Of a stretch of DNA of 64,000 nt, positions 46,337 through 53,776 are shown piece after piece. The notes beneath the pieces are model-generated. The model saw only the letters and a program-made list of their open reading frames with translations, did no database searches and was not told the origin of the DNA. The DNA is from a virus. The DNA is taken from positions 1 through 64,000 of IMG/VR virus record IMGVR_UViG_3300015372_000001; one strand, given 5' to 3'. Positions within the stretch are counted from its first letter, which is position 1. Every line of letters begins with the position of its first letter. Position numbers and translations under genes: made by a program.

Positions 46337-46393
46337 GGGCATGAAAAAGGCCCGGTACCGGAGAAGCTTCCTCTGCTCCTCCGACACCGGGCC
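46337..46393 (-). terminator. leader terminator
   Basis: GGCCCGGT/ACCGGGCC extended stem plus TTTTTCATGCCC. Confidence 0.75.
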
Positions 46394-46468
46394 GGTCTTC
46401 CTTGAACCTTCCCAGAACGGTTGGGAAGGGCCTGGATCAGGGCATGCGGTGCCCCAAACGCTAGGTTC

Positions 46469-46498
46469 ATTGTATCTCATCTAGGTAAAGACGCACAA
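46469..46498 (-). promoter_or_regulatory. leftward promoter P46
   Basis: TTGTGC-18-TACAAT; ATGAGATA motif. Confidence 0.65.
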
Positions 46499-46727
46499 GG
46501 GCCGAGACGATGTTCGTCCCGGCCTGTTCGGAGTATCAGCGCGGCACTGTGTCTACGTGACGGGCCGACTGATTGACCCCGAGGCGAGGTGTGATCCCCG
46601 CCAGAGACCGCCGGCTAACCTGCCCAGCGATCTCATGTACCCCACTGTAGGCCATACACCACAGGTTGTCAACCAGGGCAGCCAACCTCGTTACCGTGGA
46701 GGGGAGGGGGAGCGCGAAGGGGATGCC

Positions 46728-46991
46728 ATGACCAGGCGAAGGTTCCGGGACCGGCCTACCGGGGAGATCATGGTGCTGATGATCGCGGCCACGATCTGCA
46801 CCTACATCGCGGCCACGATGGTCGTGCTGTTCATCCTGGCGATCACCACCGACCGGGACCTGTCGGGTCCAGCTCGGAACATCGCCGACATCATCAACAC
46901 CCTGATCGGTCTGCTGGCCGGCTACCTGGCCGGCCGTACCGACATCGCACTCGGGCACAAGAAGGAACCGGAGCAGCCCAGTGAACCGTAG
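46728..46991 (+). CDS. two-TM membrane protein (holin-like)
   Basis: AAGGGG SD; two hydrophobic helices. Confidence 0.6.
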   Translation: MTRRRFRDRPTGEIMVLMIAATICTYIAATMVVLFILAITTDRDLSGPARNIADIINTLIGLLAGYLAGRTDIALGHKKEPEQPSEP

Positions 46992-47553
46992 GTGGACCTC
47001 GATCCTGGGCTACGGCTCTGCGCTGGTGCTGAGTGGTGTCGGGTTCGCTGCTGCCAGCTACGACCGGGCGTCATCTGCCAATGCGCCATCGGCTCCATCG
47101 GCGTCAACTGGACCCAGTAGTAGCCCAACAGTGTCTCCTACACCTCCGGCTAGCTCACCGACACCAGTACCAGGACCGCGAGGAGAACCAGGACCGAGAG
47201 GCCCACGAGGCCCCCGAGGAAAGCCAGGAACACCGGGCTCGACAGGTCAGGCAGGTCAGAAGGGTGAGACTGGCTCAACCGGTCCACGAGGACCAGCAGG
47301 ACGACCAGGAGAACCAGGAAGGGCGGGACCAGGAGGACCAGCAGGACCTCCCGGTGAGAGGGGACCACGAGGTGTGAGAGGACCGAGGGGGGCATCGGGA
47401 CAGGATGGTCTACCGGGCCCGCAGGGCCCAGCCGGACCTCCCTGTCCGGATGGCTACACCGGGATGGATCTGGGGGTCCACATCAGGGAACCGATCGATC
47501 GGACAGTTCAGATGTTCGTCTGCGTCCGGAACGACCAGCTCCCGATCGGCTGA
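46981..47553 (+). CDS. membrane-anchored collagen-like protein
   Basis: N-terminal signal/TM, 30 uninterrupted Gly-X-Y triplets, C-terminal Cys pair. Confidence 0.85.
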   Translation: MNRRWTSILGYGSALVLSGVGFAAASYDRASSANAPSAPSASTGPSSSPTVSPTPPASSPTPVPGPRGEPGPRGPRGPRGKPGTPGSTGQAGQKGETGSTGPRGPAGRPGEPGRAGPGGPAGPPGERGPRGVRGPRGASGQDGLPGPQGPAGPPCPDGYTGMDLGVHIREPIDRTVQMFVCVRNDQLPIG

Positions 47554-47570
47554 AGGCTATGACCTGATGG

Positions 47571-47816
47571 TCACTGGCCTGAAGTGCTGAACCTTCTGCG
47601 TGGAGGTGGAGGTGGACCGACTCGAGGTGATCGTGAGACCCATCTCCAGGTGTACTTCCTGATCTGCTCCCTGGCCAGTTCCAGACCGTCGGTCTGGTGG
47701 TCGTCCGGGATCGGGTCAGGTGGTCGTACGACGTAGACCGGACCGGATCTGGCAGCCCACTGCTTCTCCTGAGAGTCCCGTTTCCTCTTCCTGGATCTCC
47801 GAGCTCCCCTAGTCAT
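47571..47816 (-). CDS. small basic protein
   Basis: AAGGAG SD; Arg-rich. Confidence 0.45.
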   Translation of the reverse strand: MTRGARRSRKRKRDSQEKQWAARSGPVYVVRPPDPIPDDHQTDGLELAREQIRKYTWRWVSRSPRVGPPPPPRRRFSTSGQ

Positions 47817-47877
47817 GTGGCTCCTTCGGAGCCGTGGCGCTTCGCACTGTGGCCCTCCCCCCTATCCCCCCAGCGGG

Positions 47878-47908
47878 GGACATGCGAAACAGCCGAAACA
47901 CTCGGCTG
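47878..47908 (-). terminator. terminator-like hairpin
   Basis: CAGCCGA/TCGGCTG stem plus TTTCGCATGTCC. Confidence 0.55.
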
Positions 47909-47986
47909 CCGGGGACCTTTCCGGCGCACGGTCGCAACCGCCTCTGACGCGGGTTGCTCCGGTTCGACTTCCGGGTCCTGATCGGC
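47908..47986 (-). ncRNA. candidate structured RNA (multi-way junction)
   Basis: Closing stem GGACC/GGTCC enclosing hairpins, one with a GUCAGAG loop; non-coding; terminator follows. Confidence 0.35.
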
Positions 47987-48117
47987 TTCACGCCGCCGTG
48001 GCGTCGCATGATCTGTTCAGTTGGTGCCCAGAACGAGATGCAGATCGCGACGCCGATGGCCTACGATGTGATCGCGTTCCTGACAAGCGCACAGTAGTTC
48101 GCTGGCACGAGCTACGG

Positions 48118-48159
48118 CAAGGCCCCTGGTTGGCATGTTCCTGCCAGGGGCCTTTTGCT
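48118..48159 (+). terminator. terminator hairpin
   Basis: AAGGCCCCTGG/CCAGGGGCCTT followed by TT. Confidence 0.6.
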
Positions 48160-48230
48160 GTCAGGACCATCTCCAGAGATAGTTCCTTCGGCCCACGCGC
48201 GCCGTCCCCGGAGGGGAGTACGGTGCGCAG

Positions 48231-48560
48231 ATGCCGACAGTCTGGATCCGGGATGATCCCAAGCACCGGACCAGATTCCACCGCCATCCCGACTGCTTCC
48301 AGCTGACCAAGAAGCCGTCCCGGGGCGACCACCACGACCTGGTGTCCGCCGACCTCTCGACAGTGCATGTCCGGCCCTGTCGGGTCTGCTACCCCGACGC
48401 CCCACACCTGGCGCTGTGGAAGCGGTACTGCCCGACCTGCGACACCAAGAACGCCTGCCGGCACAACGGTGGGATCGAGGTGATCGACCGACGAGGGCGC
48501 AAGTTCTGGGTCTGGCCGGATACCAACCAGATGCCCTACTATCGCAAACAGGCCATCTAG
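48231..48560 (+). CDS. Zn-binding hypothetical protein
   Basis: FH...DC..PCRVCYP..CPTC..C.HNGG. Confidence 0.7.
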   Translation: MPTVWIRDDPKHRTRFHRHPDCFQLTKKPSRGDHHDLVSADLSTVHVRPCRVCYPDAPHLALWKRYCPTCDTKNACRHNGGIEVIDRRGRKFWVWPDTNQMPYYRKQAI

Positions 48561-48634
48561 GCCAGCTAGATCACCACATCAACTACACACACTCCTGGAC
48601 GAGCGTGTGGGACGAGCACACGAATGGAGTCACC

Positions 48635-49936
48635 GTGCCAGCGGTATCCGCAGAAGCGCTGTTGATCTCAGCCCTGGTCAACACCGCGTCGGTCGGAAGC
48701 GAGGTCCCGTTCGGGATCAGCGCTTCGGACTTCGAGGGCTACTCCGACGAGTACAACTGGCTCGTCAACTACACCGAGACCTACGGCGCGCAGCCGACCT
48801 GGGACATCTTCGCGATGAAGTTCCCAGGCTTCTGGCGCAGCGAGCACACCGAGGTGCGCTCGGCCGCGGACATGGTGCACCAGTCCGCCAACCGCCGCCG
48901 GCTGAACACCGCGATCACCGAGGCGTCCGAGCTGGTGCACCTAGGGGAGGCGAGCGCCGCCTACGAGCGGCTGGTCGAAGCCCGGCCGAGACGGGCTGCG
49001 GCTCGTCCCCGGCGGATCCTCACCGACACCGGCTACCTGGACGAGTGGGACGCCCGGCCGTACGCCGTCGAGCTGCCCTACCCCACCTTGCAGCGGTACA
49101 CCGGCGGGATCTGCGCGGGCAACCTGTGGTACCTGGCCGGGAGGCCGAGCCAGGGCAAGTCGGCGCACATCACGGTGATCAGCAAGAGCGCGGTGATCGG
49201 CGGGAACCGGGTCCTGATGTACAGCCTCGAGATGAGCGAGGCCGAGGTCAGGGCCCGGTTCCATGCATGTCTGGGGGCCGAGATGGGCTACCCGTCGATC
49301 ACCCTGACCAACCTGCGGGCCCGGGCCTGCGAGCGGGCCACGGTGAAGAAGTTCACCGGCGAGCTCGCCGACCGGCTGGAGGCCTGCGGCGGGGTGCTGG
49401 ACGTGCACACCCCGGCCGACGGCCCGGTCAGCCCATCGGTGGTCGCGGCCAGAGCATCGGAGTACGACCTGGTGGTGATCGACTACGTGGGCCTGATGTC
49501 CGCCGACGGCGGTGGCCGGGCGGTGGACGACTGGCGGGAGATGGCCAAGATCTCCAACTCGCTGAAGTCGATCGCGTTGAGCCAGAAGACCGCGCTGCTG
49601 TGCGCGGCCCAGATCAACCGGGACGGGGAGACCGGCTCGGCACCGCCGAAGGTGAAGAACCTGGCCCAGTCCGACGCGCTCGGGCAGGACGGTGACGTGG
49701 TGCTGACGATGCGGTCCAAGCCGCACAACGTGGCCACCCACTTTTCCCTGGAAAAGAACCGGCACGGTCCCTCCGGGATCTACTTCCACACCACCTTCGA
49801 CCCCGACCACGGGTCCTTCACCGAGATCTCGGCCGACCATGCCGACGACCTGGTGATCAACGCCGAGGTGATGTCCGAGAACACCAGCACTCCGCCACCC
49901 GCACTCCGGGTGATCAAGACCAAGGACGAGCTATGA
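48635..49936 (+). CDS. dnaB: DnaB-like replicative helicase
   Basis: GRPSQGKS, SLEMS, VIDYVGL, AQINR, SD.L.QDGD, KNRHG. Confidence 0.92.
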   Translation: MPAVSAEALLISALVNTASVGSEVPFGISASDFEGYSDEYNWLVNYTETYGAQPTWDIFAMKFPGFWRSEHTEVRSAADMVHQSANRRRLNTAITEASELVHLGEASAAYERLVEARPRRAAARPRRILTDTGYLDEWDARPYAVELPYPTLQRYTGGICAGNLWYLAGRPSQGKSAHITVISKSAVIGGNRVLMYSLEMSEAEVRARFHACLGAEMGYPSITLTNLRARACERATVKKFTGELADRLEACGGVLDVHTPADGPVSPSVVAARASEYDLVVIDYVGLMSADGGGRAVDDWREMAKISNSLKSIALSQKTALLCAAQINRDGETGSAPPKVKNLAQSDALGQDGDVVLTMRSKPHNVATHFSLEKNRHGPSGIYFHTTFDPDHGSFTEISADHADDLVINAEVMSENTSTPPPALRVIKTKDEL

Positions 49937-50100
49937 GCACCATCGAGACCCTGCCCGCGATCGAGACCGTGCAGGAAACCCTGTTCGTGCTGCCGCACAT
50001 GACCACCGTCGGCAACACCACCTTCTGGTGCATCCAGGAGGACTGTGACGGCGAGCACCACTTCTGGTGCGACTGCCATGCATCCACACACGCTGGCTGA
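49933..50100 (+). CDS. 55-aa Cys/His peptide (not in ORF track)
   Basis: ATGA coupling; FWCIQEDCDGEHHFWCDCH. Confidence 0.45.
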   Translation: MSTIETLPAIETVQETLFVLPHMTTVGNTTFWCIQEDCDGEHHFWCDCHASTHAG

Positions 50101-50905
50101 GGCGCTGCTGTACGGCCGGGGAGTCGAGCGCCCGTTCCTGTGCCCGGAACACGGCGACTCCCGGCCGAGCGCCAGCGTGAACGTGGTCAAGAAGGTCTGG
50201 TTCTGCTACACCTGCCACGCCCACGGCGACCTGACCGGGGAGGCCCGGCTGGCCGAGCCGGACTACACGGTGATGCGGCTGTGGCTGGACAAGAAGATCG
50301 CCGAGGGCCAGATCTACCCCGAGGCCTGGCTGGACCGGTTCGACGCCGGCGAGGTGCACCCGTACTGGGTCCAACGAGTAGGGACAGCCGCCGCTCGTGA
50401 GTTCCGGTTGGGATCGGATCCGGACGAGGAGGCTGTCACCTACCCGCTTCGTGACCCACGGGGTCAGGTGCTCGGGGTGGTCCGACGGGCGCTGGGGGGA
50501 GCTGGCCCGAAGTACCGCTACCCGACCGGTGTCGATGTGGGTCGTCTGCTCTTTCAGTACACACCCGCCTACCGGGATGCGGTAGTGCTGGTGGAGGGAG
50601 CGCTGGACGCGATCGCATTGTGGAACGTGGGAGTCGAGGCGTTCGCGATCTACGGCTCCCGGCTGAGCGAGTACCAGGTGCACCTGATCGACAAGATCGA
50701 CCCCACCTACGTCTACACCTGCTACGACCTGGACAAGGCCGGGTGGACCGCGCACTGCGAGACCGAGCGGGCCTTCAAGCACCGGATGGTCACCCGGATC
50801 TCCTGGCCCAAGGGCTGGGGCGGTGACATCGCCGAGCTGTCCGAAGATCGTCGACGACACGTCGTTGATGACCTTGTATCAACTGGACTGGCATGCGTAG
50901 AGTGA
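50078..50905 (+). CDS. DNA primase (CHC2 Zn finger + TOPRIM)
   Basis: CPEHGDSRPS..WFCYTC; LVEGALD; YDLDKAG. Confidence 0.9.
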   Translation: MHPHTLAEALLYGRGVERPFLCPEHGDSRPSASVNVVKKVWFCYTCHAHGDLTGEARLAEPDYTVMRLWLDKKIAEGQIYPEAWLDRFDAGEVHPYWVQRVGTAAAREFRLGSDPDEEAVTYPLRDPRGQVLGVVRRALGGAGPKYRYPTGVDVGRLLFQYTPAYRDAVVLVEGALDAIALWNVGVEAFAIYGSRLSEYQVHLIDKIDPTYVYTCYDLDKAGWTAHCETERAFKHRMVTRISWPKGWGGDIAELSEDRRRHVVDDLVSTGLACVE

Positions 50906-50909
50906 CCTC

Positions 50910-51266
50910 ATGCCCCAGGATCACGAGTACATGTCGGGTCACAAGACCCCCAAGGAGAAGCAGCAGCGAGTGCTGGTGGCTCTCGCCAGGGCTGGCCGGG
51001 ACGGGCTCACCTCGCGTGAGCTGGCGAAGGTAGAGACACCGGGAGATGTCTCGGCGGTGAGTGCCTGGGGGTCCGCCTTCACGGTGCTGCACCAGGAGAA
51101 CCTGATCGCCGCTCTGGCTGAGCGGCGCGACGCCCACCACGTCTATGTGATGCCGGAGCACGTCGGTGACCGGGCCACTTGGCCGGGGTACCGACACCGT
51201 GGCTCGGGCCAGATCGTGGTGATCACCAAGCACTGCAGGACCTGCACCTGCCCAGAGGAGGAGTGA
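50910..51266 (+). CDS. winged-HTH-like protein
   Basis: VLVAL..AGRDGLTSRELA. Confidence 0.6.
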   Translation: MPQDHEYMSGHKTPKEKQQRVLVALARAGRDGLTSRELAKVETPGDVSAVSAWGSAFTVLHQENLIAALAERRDAHHVYVMPEHVGDRATWPGYRHRGSGQIVVITKHCRTCTCPEEE

Positions 51267-51652
51267 TGGAGAACCCGTTGGTAGACGACTACCTCGAGGC
51301 CAAGGCGGAGAGGGACAAGGCCCAGGCCCGGCTCGATGAGCTGGGCGAGCGGCTGACCAAGCAGATGGAGGCCGACCAGCGGAAGTCCTACCGCTGGAAC
51401 GCCGATGGGGTCAGGCACACCCTGACCTACGTCCAGGCCCACACCACCCAGATCGATGAGCAGGGGCTGCGCAAGGCGCTGACGGCCAAGGTCTTCGACC
51501 GTTACACGAAACGTGTATTGGACCGGAAGTCGATGGAGAACGCGATCGACGCCGGTGACGTGGACCCGGTGGTGGTGAGCCGGTTCGTGACCCTGCGGCC
51601 GAACAAGCCGCACCTGACCTACAAGGCCGGCGCGCCGGTCGAGGAGGACTGA
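51266..51652 (+). CDS. hypothetical protein
   Basis: GAGGAGG SD; N-terminal coiled coil; IDE..L.KAL. Confidence 0.7.
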   Translation: MENPLVDDYLEAKAERDKAQARLDELGERLTKQMEADQRKSYRWNADGVRHTLTYVQAHTTQIDEQGLRKALTAKVFDRYTKRVLDRKSMENAIDAGDVDPVVVSRFVTLRPNKPHLTYKAGAPVEED

Positions 51653-51834
51653 TGGCCAGGCTGAACATCGGGATGGAGGGCGGCTCGATCGACCTGGAGA
51701 GCCTGCGCCGGCTGGTGGCTCTGGCCGACTGGCTGGACTTCCCGGACTCGGCGTCGGTCTCGTCCAACCTCCAGCAGATCTTCATCAGCATCACCGAAGC
51801 CGAGATCAAGTGGGACAAGGTGGTGGGTCCATGA
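51652..51834 (+). CDS. hypothetical protein
   Basis: Coupled ORF. Confidence 0.55.
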   Translation: MARLNIGMEGGSIDLESLRRLVALADWLDFPDSASVSSNLQQIFISITEAEIKWDKVVGP

Positions 51835-52046
51835 GCACCGTGAGGTACCTGCTGGTGGTCAGCGCGGACCAGAAGGTCCGGATCGCCAAGCGCCCGCACA
51901 TCTATGCCGACGAGATCGCGATCCCGATCAACCTGGAGTACCCGCCGCACTGGGGCCGGGTGCTGACCGACCAGGCGATCACGATCAAGGTGCCCGACTT
52001 CACCCCCGAGGTGATCCACGAGATCGAGAAGGAGGAGACCTCATGA
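51831..52046 (+). CDS. hypothetical protein
   Basis: ATGA coupling. Confidence 0.6.
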   Translation: MSTVRYLLVVSADQKVRIAKRPHIYADEIAIPINLEYPPHWGRVLTDQAITIKVPDFTPEVIHEIEKEETS

Positions 52047-52273
52047 GCACCGCACCCACGATCGGCCGGATCGTGCACTACCGGACCTACGAGAATGACC
52101 GGACCCTGACCCGATGCGTCCCGGCGTTCGTGACCGAGGTCCACGAGAACAGCGAGGTGGGACTGGCCATCTTCACTCCCACCGGCTCGTCCTTCGACCG
52201 CAGGGTGCGGTGGGACGAGCAACAGGACCCGGCCACCTGGCACTGGCCCTGCGTGCGAACAGAGGAAACCTGA
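52043..52273 (+). CDS. conserved phage protein
   Basis: PTIGRIVHY...PA.VTEV..L.IF.PTG...TWHWP. Confidence 0.75.
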   Translation: MSTAPTIGRIVHYRTYENDRTLTRCVPAFVTEVHENSEVGLAIFTPTGSSFDRRVRWDEQQDPATWHWPCVRTEET

Positions 52274-52605
52274 TGGTGAACCCCAAGATCGTGGACTCCG
52301 AGGAGATCAAGCGTCGTCCCCGGAAGTCCCCGGCCACCCGGCTGATCGAGTCGCTGCCGCCGAACCTGCTGACCGCGCGTCAGGTGGCGGAGAGGTTCGA
52401 GGTGAGCATCGAGACGATCCGCCGTCTGGGCCGGAAGAAGCTGTCGGACGGCAGCCCTATGTTCAAGGCACCGAGCAAGGCTGCGCGGACCGGCGATCTG
52501 GTCGTCTGGCTGTACACGCCGGCCGACCTGAGAGAGCTCGCGGAGTACTTCGGGAGGAAGGAACCCACCAACAACACCACCAGGAAGGGAAGGAAGAAGG
52601 CGTGA
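52273..52605 (+). CDS. MerR-like HTH DNA-binding protein
   Basis: LLTARQVAERFEVSIETIRR...LYT..DL. Confidence 0.75.
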   Translation: MVNPKIVDSEEIKRRPRKSPATRLIESLPPNLLTARQVAERFEVSIETIRRLGRKKLSDGSPMFKAPSKAARTGDLVVWLYTPADLRELAEYFGRKEPTNNTTRKGRKKA

Positions 52606-52847
52606 ACGAACCAGCCAGGAAGGGCATGGAGGCCTACGAGCTGTTCGCGGGCGACCAGATCACCGTGGGTGTGACCCACCAGATCGAGATCGGCCGGGAC
52701 AAGTCGTGGGTGAAGTACGAGGCGATCACCAAGATCCGCCCCGGTGAGGCAGCAGAAGACGCAAGGACCCGGGCCATTGGCCACGTCAACGTGAGCGTCA
52801 TGGAAGTCGTACATCAGACAGTCGAGACAGTGAGGAACGCATCATGA
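52602..52847 (+). CDS. hypothetical protein
   Basis: Coupled ORF. Confidence 0.6.
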   Translation: MNEPARKGMEAYELFAGDQITVGVTHQIEIGRDKSWVKYEAITKIRPGEAAEDARTRAIGHVNVSVMEVVHQTVETVRNAS

Positions 52848-53653
52848 GGTTTGGCAAGAGCGCGGCCGAGGCCGCCGAAGAGCCTGGTCGTGGCGGTGGT
52901 GGAGGGGACTTCATCCGCTACCTGAAGGACGGTGACACCACCTTCCGGATCCTGCAGGAGCCGGATGACTGGACCTACTGGTGGGAGCACTTCTCCCCGA
53001 TGGGGTTCTCCTTCCCCTGCCCGCGCGGCGTGGACGACCCGGTGGAGGACTGCCCCGGCTGCAGTAGCGACAACGAGAAGATGTCCAAGGTGAACCGCAA
53101 GATCGGGTTCAACGTGCTGGCCTCGGTCAACGGCGTGGAGTACGTCAACGCCTTCAAGGTCGGGCCCACGGTCGCGGACAAGCTGAAGAACCGGTTCAAC
53201 CGGTTCTCGACCGTGACCGACCGGGACTACACCATCACTCGGTACAAGACCGGCTCGGACCGCTGGGACTTCGACGTGGAGGGCGGGATGCCCAGCCCGG
53301 TCGATGTCAGCAAGTACGAGCTGAAGGACCTCGAGGAGCTCCTGGCCCAGTCCTACGACGAGGCCTGGGGCGACGGTGCGCAGGCCCAGGCGAACCGTCA
53401 GGGCTCGGCCGAGGTTGCGGTGGCTGCCCAGCCCAAGCGGCCCACGATCGCCCCGCAGACGGCGGCTGTGGCCCAGGAGGAGCCCCCTTTTGAGGCTCCG
53501 GGGACCGAGAAGGTCTACCAAGAGGCCGACCTGCGGAAGATGGACCGCGAGGAGCTCCTGCTGCTGATCAAGAACGACCTGGGAGTGGAGCCGCCGAGCA
53601 CCCTGACCACCCCGGGCGAGGTCGTGGACTGGCTGATGTCGATCCAGCCCTGA
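52844..53653 (+). CDS. single-stranded DNA-binding protein (gp32-like)
   Basis: LKDG...RIL...EH..C...CPGC...RDY.I.R; adjacent to the polymerase gene. Confidence 0.7.
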   Translation: MRFGKSAAEAAEEPGRGGGGGDFIRYLKDGDTTFRILQEPDDWTYWWEHFSPMGFSFPCPRGVDDPVEDCPGCSSDNEKMSKVNRKIGFNVLASVNGVEYVNAFKVGPTVADKLKNRFNRFSTVTDRDYTITRYKTGSDRWDFDVEGGMPSPVDVSKYELKDLEELLAQSYDEAWGDGAQAQANRQGSAEVAVAAQPKRPTIAPQTAAVAQEEPPFEAPGTEKVYQEADLRKMDREELLLLIKNDLGVEPPSTLTTPGEVVDWLMSIQP

Positions 53654-53658
53654 GAGTC

Positions 53659-53699
53659 GTGGGTGGGGCTCCGGGTTCTGAACACCGGGCCCCACCCAC
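53659..53699 (+). terminator. hairpin after the SSB gene
   Basis: GTGGGTGGGGC/GCCCCACCCAC inverted repeat. Confidence 0.5.
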
Positions 53700-53776
53700 T
53701 ACCAGCTCCCCCGTAACCCCCGCATGGAAGGAACGACCGAGGTGGCCAAACGTGACGCCACCTCGGGTCTGCTGCG

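Noticed and set aside
47033-47377. Nested +1 ORF in the collagen gene as an Rz1-like lipoprotein
   Set aside because: No lipobox or signal peptide; the open frame is explained by repetitive GGA-CCA codons
47908-47986. tRNA-Gln(CTG)-like look on the + strand (CTCTGAC loop, GGTTCGACTTCC)
   Set aside because: No D-arm, 8-nt T-loop, imperfect acceptor stem and no CCA; terminator orientation favours a - strand RNA, so it is kept only as a candidate ncRNA
50016-50070. Short repeat CACCA(C)CTTCTGGTGC x2
   Set aside because: Lies inside a small ORF (two FWC motifs); only two copies and no evidence of an origin or array
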